Source: Phoronis australis
Taxonomy: Eukaryota; Animalia; Phoronida
DNA length: 64,000 nt
Reading direction: 5' to 3'
NCBI GenBank assembly: GCA_002633005.1
Contig: NMRA01000036.1
Location: forward strand, 496,001 to 560,000
The position numbers were made by a program, and so were the translations under genes. Numbering within the stretch: position 1 is the stretch's first letter; each line of letters starts with the position of its first letter. Shown piece after piece: positions 1-13,669 of this stretch. A model generated the notes under the pieces. That model saw only the letters and a list, made by a program, of their open reading frames with translations. It was not told where the DNA came from and did not search any database.

Positions 1-305
1 AGTGTCGTTCAGTATGTTTTTTGTCAGCTTTCACAGTGACTTGTGTAAATTCATTGCAATGCTGAAGCCTAGGGGAAGACAGTATTACTGTTACCAAATT
101 GAATTTACTGCCATATTTCAAATTCTGTAGTTTTATGAACAAATATTTTTTCAACTTTGCTTGCCAGTTTTGTTCACAAACTGAAAAGCAAAGTCAATCT
201 ACTTATATATAGAAAGTGGCCTTTGTCTTGTTAAAGTTGTATTATTTTGTTGTTGTTGTTTTTATTGTTATTTGTTTACTATAGTTATTTATTTGTCATT
301 ACAAG

Positions 306-481
306 GTGTGCACAACAAGCGGGAACCACCCAACATAACAGGAAAGAACAAGAAACATGCTAAGGGTAAGAGGAAGGACGAGCATCGTGTGAAGAAGTCG
401 CGCTCAATGTCGTTTCAACATGAGTGCTCTGACGATGAAGATGAGTCCAGGACCGGAGCCTATCACTCCATTTCTATTCAG
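306..481 (+). CDS. GBF1: GBF1 internal exon (lysine-rich linker to DDEDESRTGAYHSISIQ); alternative donor at 494 extends it to 493
   Basis: AG at 304-305, GT at 482; translation resembles GBF1 ...DEDEGVPASYHTVSLQ; phase 0 joins the next exon LLDLMHTLHTRAAS. Confidence 0.85.
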
Positions 482-3117
482 GTAGTCGGCGATGTAAGTT
501 CTGTTCTGAAGGTCAGGCGTGGCAGTTGGTGATTGGCCAGTTGTTGTAGTGTTGCCGTAGTGACGACCCCTGGCTTTTAGTGTGCCTGACCATGGTTGTA
601 GTTACTGCTAGCGGACTGTTTCCGTGTGGACCCTTATTGTATTTTAGTTACGCAGTAGAATTCGCATAAGTTGCATGCCTTGTATCTGAGTCTTGACTTA
701 AGTTGGACATAGTTGCATTTCACGGTTGTTTAAGTTCATATAGTGGAATAAAGCCTGTCCATCTAGTTGTTTCCGACTTAAGTGAGTTTACGTATCTTGT
801 CTTTAATTTTTTGTACAGTTTCACCTAGTGCCTATGTAAGAGCACGTCTCATAAAGGTAGCTTCCACTTTCAGTTGACTTTTGCACACCGTGTTCCAATC
901 ACTAGTTGATTTTGACTTTCTTTATCAAGATTTGAACACAAACTGGAATCCTATTAATAATTTCAAAACTTAACTCGAGGAAGAAACAACTGTTTTTGAA
1001 GTTACTTTTGCTAAAATTACAGATTTTATGATTATCTTTCAAAAACATTTTTCCTCGTTCATTACTATGACCGTGGCACGTAACAGTAGAACTGATTTGG
1101 CCTCAGCAAAAGATCACCATCTTGGTTCTGCATTTACTTTCATTGAGCGAAAACGAATGACGAACAAAAACTGCGTTCAGTAGCAAATCAGACATTGTGT
1201 TTGTTCAATGGTAGTGAGTGCAGGTTGAACCAAATTGTAGGCCTTCTGCTGAGCTGTTGGCACCACTTTGTTTCATTCAGTCTTATTAATTTTTTTTTCA
1301 GTTTTACAATATTTGTCATAATTTATGATGTTATTTATAATAATATAAACAAATTCTGTATTCATTTGTTACGTTGAGCACAAGTGCCTCTGCTCACATA
1401 ATTAAAAAAGTTTTCAGCTGAAATTCATGCCACTTATTCAGTGACTTAAAATAACATCTATCTGTATCCCTAGCATATTGGAGGTCCACATTTTTACATA
1501 ATATTCAAATGACAAATTATCTCCAGGTCTGACTTCCTGGACAACATAGCTCACACCCTTGTAAACGTAACTTACTGACTCACAAACATGACCCCGCATT
1601 CACAGAACACAGCTCAGGCATCCAAAAAGGTGTCTAATGGTACTGGAAACACATCTCCAGCACGTATGAAGACAGCTATCCGACTCTTCACTGAGTTTTA
1701 TGCATGTTTTCTAGTCATAAGAGTCAGTGAGCCATGTTTTAAAGTGTGGGGTCATGTTTGTGAGCCAGTGAGATGAATTTATAGGTAGCCTACAGATGAG
1801 AACAAAATGAATTTCATATTTATTTTTGGGGGCTCTTAGAACGTGTTAACACATTTAAGGTGAATGTGAAGAGTTTTTAATGTGACAACAGTGAATAACA
1901 GAAAAATGAATAAATGCCTCCACTGACATAATTGGCTCCTACTCTGTTGGCTGAGGTAATTTTTAATGGCTGCACAACTGTGGTAAAAGTTGTTGTTTCA
2001 AATGAATATAGTTGGCATTAGTCATAGCTGTACCCATTCCTGTCTTCATGCATCCTATCCTTATATGCTTGTATGCAAGTGCAAAGACCATGATCTTTTT
2101 ATGGATAGCATTAGATGTAACGTACACATAAGATTGTCGGGAAAGTGGTAAAGCTGAACGGCTAGTAGATGTAAATGTACAATTAGTAGAAATCACTTCA
2201 TTTTAACATTTCAAGCAGCTAAAAATTCAGTTTATCAAGTGGCATATATCCAGTATGGACTGCCAGCTTACTGGGCTGAAAATCGCCTTCGAAACACTTT
2301 CGAGATTTTGGATTGGATGACTCAAATCCTTCAAATCCAGGATCTAGGAGGTACACATGTTGTTCTTTTGCTGTAAAAAGGTAAAAAAGCTCGCAGTGAT
2401 TTGCTTACAAGCGACGTTCATAGTGGCTCTTAAATGAGTGAAGTGTGGAAGTCTTAATTTTCACAACTGCTTGAACAATTTGATTGTTCTCATTTCTCCT
2501 TACTGTGATTGGCATTTGAATTTTGTTTGGTCATCTTAGAGCTGTACCTCATTTGGTCAACAGCAGAATCGTGGTTTTGAAAGATGCTATGCTTTAATGT
2601 ACCTTAGTTTTGTCATTGCTCTTAACCAAGTTTACGCAACTCTTTTGTGGCGAAATGTTTTTGCAGCTAACTGGTACTTATTTCCTTGAGTATACCAGCT
2701 TAATAGCTGAAAACACCTTAGAAATATCATGGTGCTGTTAATGGAATATTTGATAGATTTACTTGTTTTCAAAGAAATCTTATAAACAGACTGCCGCATG
2801 ACATGCATTGTGGGTAGTACAGTTAACCAATTATTTTGTTACACAAACAGCATCTTAACATCAGGATGGGTGACAGGTCTGAATGGCTGATGTATGAACT
2901 GCCTTGCTCGGCGGTGGGTCACACCTAGTCGTCCTTCAGACGTTCAGGTGCCAAGTTGTTACCGCCTGTTCGTCAAAATATTCGTAAACTTTATTGTAAC
3001 TTCAGTTTCTTGATAGATAAAAGTCTAGCTTGCTTGTTGATGCATTCATATCATTCCTCAAAGCCACTGAGTGAGAAATCACGTGTCAACTCTACACTCT
3101 CCTTTGTATCATTGCAG

Positions 3118-3247
3118 CTTCTCGATCTGATGCACACGCTTCACACTAGAGCGGCGTCCATCTTTGGCTCTTGGGCAGAGGAGGAGCGCAATATTGACGC
3201 CGGGGCTGGTGCACTCTGGATAAAATGCTGGTGTCCCATTCTGCAAG
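3118..3247 (+). CDS. GBF1: GBF1 exon LLDLMHTLHTRAASIFGSWAEEE...LWIKCWCPILQG
   Basis: ttgcag acceptor, gtagga donor; close to the recalled vertebrate GBF1 C-terminal HDS region. Confidence 0.95.
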
Positions 3248-3516
3248 GTAGGAATGGCGAGTGTTGCAGGATGTACCTCAGTAGCTAATTGACCCTTTTT
3301 CTGTCGAGAAGATGATTCAAAACAACCAATATTCATTGAGTCAATGTAGGTCTCTGGCATTTAGCTGTAAGCAGGGCTGTTTTGGAATGTGCTTTCTGTT
3401 ATATAACAGGTTGGTCTTGATATATAATATGAGGATTAAATACTCGTCATAGACAAAAAATGTCTTCAGAAAACATGAAGAACTACAATTTGTTTTTTAA
3501 TTTCTTTAATTACCAG

Positions 3517-3647
3517 GCATTGCGCGCCTGTGTTGTGATGTGCGTCGTCAAGTTCGTAGCCAGGCCCTGACCTATCTGCAGCGCGCCCTCTTGGTCCACG
3601 ATCTACAGACACTGTCGGCCATCGAATGGGAGTCGTGTTTCAACAAG
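3517..3647 (+). CDS. GBF1: GBF1 exon (G)IARLCCDVRRQVRSQALTYLQRALLVHDLQTLSAIEWESCFNK
   Basis: accag/gtaagc splice sites, phases 1 to 0 consistent, strong GBF1 motif. Confidence 0.95.
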
Positions 3648-4143
3648 GTAAGCATGACGCTCATTACGCAGTTACAATTATAATTTACCTGAGTGGGAAT
3701 GAAATGTTGCAAAGGTGGTTTTTTCATACACTTTGACCGTGCAAAAGGGAGGATTTTATGGGATTTATCCTCCTGTCAAGTGTGTCGAATAGGATGCACC
3801 CCACTTAGTGTCAAACTTTGTTATAGAATGTCCTGGTTATTGTGTCATGAAACTTCAATAAACTAAATCATTTCATATTAAACCCATATAAAGTAACCCT
3901 CGTATTGTTGTGAATTATTGTCATGTTCCCAGATGTCACTAACAAATCAGCAGTTAAATTGCTTCTCACCTGCTTATCACGATACGTACCTTCGGTCCTC
4001 TATAAACTGACCTTAATCATCTTCCAATACATTTGTTAATCCTAAAATGTGTTACTTTTGGGTACAGGCACATGGAAATGAATATGGCCAAGAATAGTAA
4101 TCCTGTTTAACACATCGTGTTCCTATTGTGATTCGTATTACAG

Positions 4144-4245
4144 GTATTGTTTCCTTTATTACACCTGTTACTGACCAGCATCAGTCCGGCTGACCCCGGA
4201 GGTATGGAGGAGACGCGTATGAGAGGTTCTACACTGCTCTGTAAG
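4144..4245 (+). CDS. GBF1: GBF1 exon VLFPLLHLLLTSISPADPGGMEETRMRGSTLLCK
   Basis: tacag/gtaagt, 102 nt, phase 0-0, MEETRMR motif. Confidence 0.95.
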
Positions 4246-4728
4246 GTAAGTGTGACCTGTGGAAGGGATGTTTATGGAGGCAATCATTCATGCATTGGTG
4301 AAGTGGGATACAAGAAATTTTAAGTACTTAAAACCACCATTTACCTTTTTTGACAATTGACTACATTGTCAGCATCATTGAATCTTCGTTTACAACACCG
4401 CATATCACAATCGTGAATTCAATGTCCCAAACTGAGAAAGAAGAAAAGCGACTTCAGTTGAAAATTTGTTAGCTCTACAGACATTAGTGTGATGTATGAA
4501 CGTATCACAAACAGCCTTTGTTGACTGATTGTCCAAAAGCAATGTGAACTTGGTTTCTGGGCAGTAATGTTTCCATTGTATGTATTTTTGTGAAATAATC
4601 TTAATCCATTTTGTTGCTACAGTTCCTTTCATAGCATTTTTTAGTTGTTTGTAAATTTAATATCGCTGGACACTCGGTGTTAATTACAAATCAATGGCTT
4701 GAGAATTTTAATTTTGTCTCGTCTGCAG

Positions 4729-4842
4729 GTATTCCTTCAACACTTGTCTCCCCTGTTATCACTGTCCACCTTCACTGCCCTATGGCTGACCATACTGGAC
4801 TTCATGGACAAGTACATGCACGCCGACAAGAGTGACCTACTG
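4729..4842 (+). CDS. GBF1: GBF1 exon VFLQHLSPLLSLSTFTALWLTILDFMDKYMHADKSDLL
   Basis: tgcag/gtaagg, 114 nt, conserved GBF1 sequence. Confidence 0.95.
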
Positions 4843-5863
4843 GTAAGGGGCAATGTCAAACTCTGTTTTCAATGATATACTGTGCACGCTTGGCCGAAGT
4901 GACTTTTTGCCAGGGTTATGGACAGTTAACTCGGAACTTTTGTACCTATAATATAACAGTTTTGTTGATCGTAAGTCATAGTTGAATGAAATGTTATTGT
5001 TTCTACCAGCCACTAATTGTTTATGTGCAAATGGTAAGATGGGGTCAAGATTTTGTTGAGATTTAGCCCGCATTGAAATGCGTTCTAGTCAAATTACTTC
5101 GACACTTACTGTACAGTCAAGACAAAATGCCATTTCCCCATCATGATGACAAATTCTGTTAATAGCAAACAGGACAGGTGATCACTGTTATGGGGAAAGC
5201 ATTCTAATTCAAGAATGGCTTGGCCACATTCCTGATAATTCCTCTTCTTTCTCAGTCATGAGGTAATTCAGCTTCTGCCCAGCCGTCATGATGAAGAATT
5301 CCAGTCTGAATTCTTTTGGCTTGTACTGTAGTTGTGGTTTTGTACAAATTCAACAAAGTTTATTTTGAAAGTCACTGTACCTAGTATGCTTTTATGCCCG
5401 TTGTATTTTTGAGTACTAGTCATTGCTGCACTCTGGTTGCTTGTTTTTCATTTAATATGTTGCCTATTATATTAACCAGTACAAGGCCTTACTGTGCTCT
5501 GTCCCATAATGCCTTTTCACTAGTGCCTGTTATAATTCAGCGTGCTCAATTATGATATGTTTTATTATGGTTACGTACATGTTTGTGCCAGTCGATATCT
5601 CTAGATTGGCGATTTGCAAAAAGTGTTTTGTGCAAGGTTTAAGCACTGCCATGTATCTTGCGGCACCATCAGTCTTTGTATATTGTGCCATCTGCTGTCA
5701 GAGTGGAAGGGTGGTGAGTTGGTTAGTGTTCCATATCATCAATGACACAGCATGTCTTAGGTAATAACAGGTATGTTGTGGTCATATTGTAACCTGTGTC
5801 AGGTCAAATGTCTTCTGCACTGCGTTTGTTTTTCATAACACTGTGGTGTCTTGTGTGTTGTAG

Positions 5864-6026
5864 TACGAAGCCATACCAGAGTCTCTGAAGAACATGTTGC
5901 TTGTGATGGACACAGCCAACATCTTCCAGCACGACGGTGAGCAGTCACAGCTGTGGAGACTCACCTGGGACCGCATAGACACCTTCCTGCCTCACCTAAA
6001 GGATGAGCTCTTCAAGACGGACGAAG
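5864..6026 (+). CDS. GBF1: GBF1 exon YEAIPESLKNMLLVMDTANIF...LWRLTWDRIDTFLPHLKDELFKTDE
   Basis: ttgtag/gttggt; EAIPESLKNMLLVM motif; phase 0 to 1. Confidence 0.95.
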
Positions 6027-6030
6027 GTTG

Positions 6031-6142
6031 GTGTGAGAGACTGTTCAGAAGGTCATCTATATCCCCTTGAGTTGTACAAGGGCATTGTGTGAAAGACTGT
6101 TCAGAAGGTCATCGATATCCTCTTGTGTTGTACACGGGTATT
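6031..6142. repeat. Tandem duplication, 2 x ~56 bp, just inside the intron
   Basis: gtgtgaRagactgttcagaaggtcatc..atatcc.cttg.gttgtaca.ggg.att occurs twice. Confidence 0.85.
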
Positions 6143-7334
6143 AAATTACCATGTTACATTTTCTCCACAGTTCCAATTTGTTTTGACAGTAAATTTTCAA
6201 ACACTTAGTTTGACGCAAGCTTGATGCGAGTACATTTATTTTTGTGATGAGTTATGTTTATTTGCTTGTGAAGCATATTCCAATACCCATCAAAATTTGC
6301 TGTTTTCAAACCCATTTGTGAGTATAATTATCTTCATTGATATTTCTAATTTTGAAGTAAAGTTTCACAAGGATTCAACAAAACATGCTTCCAGATTTAC
6401 TTTTCCCATTCTGTCATTGATGCTTGGCACAAATTTCATTTGCATTTACTCATAACAGCTTTCTGCATGTTAGTTTGGAGATTTAGTCTTAGTGTTTATT
6501 CCTAATGAGTTTTAGTGTGACGGAAATCATACATCATCAGTGGGTCAAATTTATTATTAAGAACTCAATTTTGATGTCTTGAACTACTTGTTTCACGAGG
6601 AAATGCCTTTTTGTGTTTAGTTGACAAAATGATGAATTTTATGTCGTCAAATTTATCAACAAAAATAATTAGAAAAAAATGGACTTCATCATTTCTATGA
6701 TTTTCAGTGCACAACTATCACAAAACACAAGTAAGGATAATTTTGAGACTCTTAGCGATGCATGTTACAACGAACTGTTCCAGGAGCTTTTTCACGACTT
6801 GGAATTTTCCTCTTTTTTTGGTTTTGATTTCCTCTTATTTGATTTCCAGTTTACTCTTTTTCATCATTATTATGTCAGACTTTATTCATGCAATTTTTTT
6901 CAATTAAATTTTGCAACTCAAAAAATATTGGTATCATAGAACCCTATTTATTTGTCGAACGTTACGCTACCTGGAAAAATTTTCCTCTTTTTTGTCATTG
7001 GTCATTCCAAGCCCTGCTTTTTAAAGACTTAGTTGCAACCAAGATTTGATGTAACCAAATGAAATCACTAACAGTTCACTTAGTTTACTTAAGGAATGAA
7101 ACATTACATGTGAGTGAGCAATGCAATGCAGGTCCTTTGTAACAGTGTTCGACTGTAATCATTCTTTAAACAATGGAAGATGATAATTATTTCATTGTCT
7201 GTGCGAAGTTGGAAATTACCAAAATTTAATCCAATTTCCTTGAATATAACATGATGAGATGACATGATTGCCCACTCTAATTAGTTGTTGTACTAATCAA
7301 AGAATGCTGTTAACTGAACCTGGTTCTGTTGCAG

Positions 7335-7424
7335 AGCCGAGGTTATCCCACGAGAGACAACTAGAGGCACCTACCCCCACCCAGTCTGTCATCTCGCCAC
7401 CAGATGTCACTAAGACTACTCCGG
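7335..7424 (+). CDS. GBF1: GBF1 C-terminal tail exon (E)PRLSHERQLEAPTPTQSVISPPDVTKTTP
   Basis: ttgcag/gtatag, 90 nt, phase 1-1, Pro/Thr-rich like the GBF1 tail. Confidence 0.7.
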
Positions 7425-9550
7425 GTATAGTTGAATGCAATAGACCTGATACGAATTTGCAACACTGTGGCAGTTATTGCCACACTTCCTCTGATTTTAT
7501 CGGGTTGTACTGCTGCAAACCTAAATGCTGTTTGGAGATATAGTGTTGGTTATGTAGCCCATTATTGTATCATTGGAAGTGAGGCATAAATCACTAGCAA
7601 GACACTTATTCGCATAAGGTCTTTGGTTAACATAATCTCATACAACTGTATAACAAGCTCTGTAATACTGAATTCCCCACAATGTTGTTCCCAGTGCATG
7701 CTGACATAGCAACTGTAGAATGTTACATTAGTGACAGGCATTGAGGAATGGCATTGTGATGTATTAACTCAAGTATTGGCATACACAGCAATGGCTGCCA
7801 TATCCCTTAGCTAGTGTGAAGTTTTAGTGTAAGAGCACTGTGAAATTAAAATTTGGCTATGGGATGACTGTTCTCTCCTCCAGTGGTTGAGAGCATTTGG
7901 GGTTGATAAACTGACTGGTATTGTGACAGGCACAGATCCAAAAGGGGCCATGTGACGGGCTGCATGAAACAGTCCCCTAAGGTTCTCTTATAGTTACGGC
8001 ATTTTTGTCTGAATACTTGGCTCTTATCTCAGTGAAAATAGGTAGAGACTTAATCCTTAAATTTTGAGTAACATTTAAGAATTTAATGTATAGTTAACTC
8101 GGGGTATATATCAAAGCTAAAACCTGACGTTCAGTTTGAGACAAAAAGCTGTCAGACAACATACCGTTACCATTTTCTTGACATAGTGACTTATTCTGTT
8201 AAAAACAAAAAATAACTGGGAGCAACTATTAGGGCAACAAAATTGTAATTACAAATTGGATTAGCCACCTTACTAACTCTCCAGTTAGTTCCACTTCATT
8301 CTCTGTGATGAAGGACGACTACTCTGAGGATGAATTCACCTTCCACCCAGTCGTCATGACGGTGAATTTTTGTCTGAATGCTTTGGCCTGTACTATATCG
8401 GGAAGTAGAAGAAATGACTATCAGTGTTTGTACAAAGTCAACAAATGGGCTGAACATTTAGGGAACATTATTTATACCCTATTGGGACTGTTCCATGCCA
8501 CCGTTGTCTTCTGGTCATTATTGTAGGTTTGGGCACGTTGTTACACCTGTTGCTGGTTGTGCTTAGGTGTGCAATAATTCCTCTGGTGTCAAATATTTTT
8601 GTTATTGTCAGTACATTATATTCGCATGCTGTCGTGTCTCAATATTGAAATTTTGACATTTCATTAATTTCTGTAACAGAGCTGTTCTTTTTAAAAAGTA
8701 ATTTATAAAAATTTCTTTTAAAATGTCATTCATTTGGTGCAACAAATCCACTTATCTGAATTTTATTTATTGATAAATTCAATGTCCATTGTTATGTATT
8801 TTGCTTTTTATTATGAGATAGTTTTCATTAACAAGATGAATTTGAACGTTTATGTGACTTAGACCAGCACAGTTTTATTAGTTGTCCGGGAGAGTTCAGT
8901 CTTTGTACTTATCGTTCAAAGTTAAGTAGTCATCTCTGTGTATAAAACTGACTAGTGTGTGCCTGCTGAATGCTCTCTAAGTGAATGTGACGTAAATTAC
9001 TGGTTTCAGTAGAGTTCTATTAATTTATTTCAACGTGCATATCTTTTTATCCTGTTTTACTACGTGCCTTAAAGATTGCATCAAGTAACGGTAAATTTTG
9101 TTTAGTTTACAGTAAAATGTGTATTTTGCTGTATAAAATTTCTCAGGAAAATCAAAAAGGAATAATTGTGTTTCATTACTGGCAGTTTGTATTTTAGTCT
9201 TCCAACACCTGGTGTGGGTTCCGTAGACACCAGAACCTTGTAGAAACACAAGGCCATGCACCACTTATGATGTATTGTCGTGTATTGTAAGTGAAGCACA
9301 TAACCACACTAGTTTTCTTTATGAGGTTCTTGTGTCAACGGAACTCAACTTTGTGAAAGTTTGAGCATTTTAATGCCGTAGCAAGGTGTTGAAAAATGAA
9401 AAAGTGACAATTTTGAAAATCACAATTTCTGCTCTAATTTTCTATAGATACTATTTCATGATAAAACCTGACTATGTGGTCTGCATAGGTCTGATGCATG
9501 GCATCACATATGCATTCTTTTATATGTGATTTTCATTGATTACATTTCAG

Positions 9551-9765
9551 CAACTCCCGCGGTTGACCCCCGCCCAGCGAGCCCCTTGGTCGAGGAGCAG
9601 ACTGCTCTGCCATCTAGTGGCTATATTCTCCATCCACCCCTGCCAACCGTTTCTTCGCCGTCTCAAGTTCCCGCCAGCCTTGCAATGACACACACAGTAC
9701 CGGCAGTTCCGCTGCTGTTGAATCCTGACATCATACCCACGACGATACCCTTCCTCTCCCCACAG
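9551..9765 (+). CDS. GBF1: GBF1 proline-rich tail exon ...YILHPPLP...VPLLLNPDIIPTTIPFLSPQ
   Basis: tttcag/gtgagt; resembles the vertebrate ...LILQPL...PIILNPALIE... tail; phase 1 to 0. Confidence 0.85.
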
Positions 9766-10172
9766 GTGAGTTTGATGTACACATTCAGTTTTGGTGATCA
9801 TAACTTATCATATTAGAAAAATCTTTTTTGAATGGTAATAATGCGCCATCACCATTTGATTTTCAGGCTGATTGGACTACTACAGCATCTCATAGATGCC
9901 CTTAGAATCATATCATATGCGATGTTCCATGGGCGCATGTCAATGCCATAGCGTTTATCTTATTAATATTTTTCTTCTAGGTAGGCATTAGAAGAGATGA
10001 GATTATGGGGTTATTGCAATTGTCAGGGTTGTAACAGACTTTGTTGCATCACAAGCAGTAAAATAGCATTTTTGATGAATGTCATGTCTTTGCATGTCTT
10101 GTCCAGTTTGAAAATAAGTTTTGATACTTTAAATACTACCTCGCTTTAATTTAAAATGTGGTTTTTAAATAG

Positions 10173-10217
10173 AACACACCAGAGAGGAAAACAGAGATAG
10201 TCTCTAGCAGCCAGTGA
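10173..10217 (+). CDS. GBF1: Probable terminal GBF1 coding exon NTPERKTEIVSSSQ*
   Basis: ttttaaatag acceptor, phase 0, TGA at 10215-10217, followed by ~1.7 kb of UTR-like sequence. Confidence 0.6.
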   Translation, partial: NTPERKTEIVSSSQ

Positions 10218-11897
10218 CTAGATGATGGCTGTTGTCACCAGAGGTCGTATCAGTTGGTTACTGTGACGACAGAACTGGCTCCCGTGCACAACTTCAAAAG
10301 AAAGATTGAGAAAACAGTGTGATCTGTGCTGAATTTGTCTGCTGCAACGACTTTAAAAGACACGAACTTTGTGATAATGGCATCTTTGGTTAGTGTGGTT
10401 TGTTTGGGCCAAATCGAAGCCTCCACTTTTGTAAAGTGGTGATGTTCACTGTACTTTTGTTATCCTCTGTAAATTTTAGTGGTGATTGTCTGTGTTCAAG
10501 AATTGTTTTGTATAGCAATGCCGTGCTGTGAATTGCAAAACCTTGGGAATCTGGCAATGGCATCTGTGAAGTCCTGTGTCATTTCTGTGACGGGATTTGT
10601 CACTGTGATCCCAAAACTGTCATACTTGTGTGGGTAATGAATTACCTTTGAGTGGAAGGATTTGATCCGCAGTAAATTGTGCTATTTAACTTTAATGTGT
10701 CATTCATGTCTGAATTGTTTATGATCATTTATATTATTGATTTGTGATTATTTGTTAATCACATAGCAATGCTACTCCCCTGGTGCTTGTGATGAAGTTA
10801 AATAGCTTATACCATGATGCATTCAATGAGACAAGTGGAAATGACCTGTACTATATTCTCCCATAATTCAACATTGTGCCTAGGTAATCATTTGGGCAGC
10901 ATTTTGGGTAGTGTGTTACCTTTCTGGCAAAACACTTGCTAGATGTTGCATTGCCTTGTTTCGTAACATTCATAACACATACTAGCTTTGGTGAATGTTC
11001 CCTCTGTTCCAGCTTAGACATATGGTCACTTCAGCTGCGGTCTTTACCTGTCACAGTTTCAAATTGATATTTTTTATACATCTCATTGTTAAGCAACATA
11101 GCCTAAGTCTCTGCAGGGTGTTATTAATAATTTGACATCACGTTGATGGAGGTTCATCACAATAACTCATCGCCTGTCTGTATGTCTCCCACATAGCCAT
11201 ATAGTGCCACAGTGCGTGACACAAAACTTGAAAGTTATTCTCGGGTTGGTGATTAATTGGCATTTTCCATGCAAACCCAACTATTATTACTTTCAGCCAA
11301 GAACGTGGCAACAGTCATAAGCCTACAGTGAGGCGAGTCCTGAGATGTGGCATATTGTCAGTTATTGTAAAGCTCAGAAATTAATGCTAATTTTGCTAAG
11401 GAACAAGTTGGCGCTGGTGTCTATGTTAGCAAATAGTCTTGTTACAAAGTTTGCATTTTTCCAACTGAAAACAGTAAAAAATGAGTACTTTATGACTTCA
11501 AATGACCCTTTTGAGAGTTTTGCGACTTAGTTTGGCTTGAATCTGATTGATGTCTTGTAAGTAGTTTTACTGTTACAGTTTGTGGTCTGTGTTATGCAGC
11601 AGGTGGATGGATTCTGTAGACAGACCCAACGCATTGAGGATTTTGCTATTTGACTTGTGTGTATGTGTCTTCCCTGAAGTTTACATGAAGCATATTACTT
11701 AACACAATGTACACTGGAAGCGCTGGAGTGCAATACTAACAGTGATGTATTACAAAATAATTTATTGTCAGTTGGTCTTTTCACAAGTGCCTGTCTAGGA
11801 GATTTCATGATTGGCACTTTAATTTAATTGATCCGTTGCCCTGGATTTTATTGTTAATGTTTGTAAATAATTTAATTATGTATATACCTATATATAA

Positions 11898-11903
11898 AAT
11901 AAA
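11898..11903 (+). promoter_or_regulatory. Candidate GBF1 polyadenylation signal AATAAA
   Basis: AATAAA at the end of the T-rich 3'UTR-like stretch, followed by T/GT-rich sequence. Confidence 0.55.
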
Positions 11904-13518
11904 TATGTTGTTCAAACCTATGATTATTTTCATGGCAGTCCTTTAAGGGTGAGTAACAAACTACATCTTCTTGAGAAGCCCCTAATTATCTGACTGAGGA
12001 ACATACCACAAACAGTAGGGATAGAATTCAGGTGAAACTTTAAGACATTCTTTATGCACTAATCTACAAAACGCTTTTAAGGTTTTTTTCTTTTGTAAGA
12101 GAGCTATCAAAAACAGTTTTTTATGACTTATGAAAAAGTTGCATGAAGCAAAAACGAAATGATAATGGCCAATAGGTTCTAGTTCCTGGCGCTGAAAGTC
12201 AAAGCGTCTGGCTCCACAAATTTAGCAGCAGGATAACAGTGGAACAACAATCTTTCCAGCACAGGAATTCCCTGCCGTTACTTAAAATTTTGTTTTTATC
12301 TTGTTTTGGATAATTTCAAAAAAGCGCAATTTCCACACTTTCACAGACAAAAATGACGCAATTAATAAACTTTTAGTCTACGTCTCACAACGCCAGTGTC
12401 AATCACAAGTGTGCTCGCCTAAAGCCCCGGTGATTCTGCACTGATGGTCATTCCCAACACATCCACATCACACAAAAATATCTCGAGGGTGTGTTAAAAT
12501 TGTACGGACAATAAAGCTGTGCCCAACATTTACAAAGTTCGCAGCTGTTATAGATATTCCCTTTTTAAGAAATTATTTCGACGCACCAAAGTGTCATGCA
12601 AAACTATTACTTAGATTTAGTTTTAATTTGTTAGGATATCTTCAATGTATTCAAATAGAATGTAATTCTTACGCTCATTATCTCAAGATCACACTTCAAG
12701 CCGGATATTGCAGGTTCACATATAAGAGGGTTCGGCCGTCATGCAGCCTTCTGCGGTCAAACGCACTGGCTGGTCTCCTGTAATACGCATTGCTCTTGTG
12801 CGACCCTAGATCAAGAGCAGCAACTAATTTCCTATTAAATCTAAATATTTGATGATTTAATATCAAAAATATTTTAAAAAACAAAACAATTGATAACCCC
12901 TATTCTAAAAACTAAAGTACTTAAACTAATACATATATCATGCAAGAATTTCAACTAGCCTGGCCATATTTTGTGTTTATCCAAAATGGCTGCTCCCTTG
13001 TCGTTCTTGTTATTCTGCCGATTACTATTGATAGATGTATCAGTTGGTTGATATCTTCTCGTCGCGGTTCTTACGAAAAAGCAATAACACATCAGGTTTG
13101 TTTTTTGAACTATATTCATCAAACGCAGTGCTCTCAATCACCTGCGCGACGTAGCTTTTCGGGATTTCAGACGCCATGAAGTCAACTCTTATTTTCAACT
13201 CATCAACACTTCACAGTCAGCTAGTTAAACCTAAGGTCGTCACCCGACTAGAGAAGCAGTGACGTGTTCTTTATCAGATCCAGTGGCAGTGTCTTCAGGA
13301 TCCTTCTCACGTATACATCGGGAAAATCAAACGTGCTCTCGGCACTCTGCTGAACTCAAAAACTTGACAAACCCACTGCTATTAGTGACCACTTTCATCT
13401 GGCCACACCCCACACCATGGGCAATGCTAGAGTTTTATCCAGAGAGGAACATTAGCACTCCTGTAAGATTAAACATGTCATTTACATTAAACTGCAACCC
13501 CCCCCCACTTAACGGTGT

Positions 13519-13667
13519 TGTAGATGTGCTTCCGGTGAATTATATGAGCCTCTGTTAGCTACTCGCTAACGGGCAATTGCCTATTAGCTGAATGGATAGC
13601 ACGCTTGCCGGTTTTATGGGGGTCGCGGGTTCGATCCCCGGGTCGGGTAATCTCGGCTATTACTACA
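13519..13667 (+). repeat. 5' LTR (149 bp) containing a tRNA-like sequence
   Basis: 5-bp terminal inverted repeat TGTAG/CTACA; ends 2 nt before the PBS; A box TAGCTGAATGG at 13585-13595, B box GGTTCGATCCC at 13628-13638. Confidence 0.7.
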
Positions 13668-13669
13668 AA

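Noticed and set aside
2851-2947. Possible GBF1 poison exon (acag acceptor, in-frame TAG)
   Set aside because: Donor is weak (gtgcca) and there is no independent support
13578-13649. Functional tRNA gene
   Set aside because: Anticodon arm and acceptor stem pair poorly and the sequence lies inside an LTR; treated as tRNA-derived
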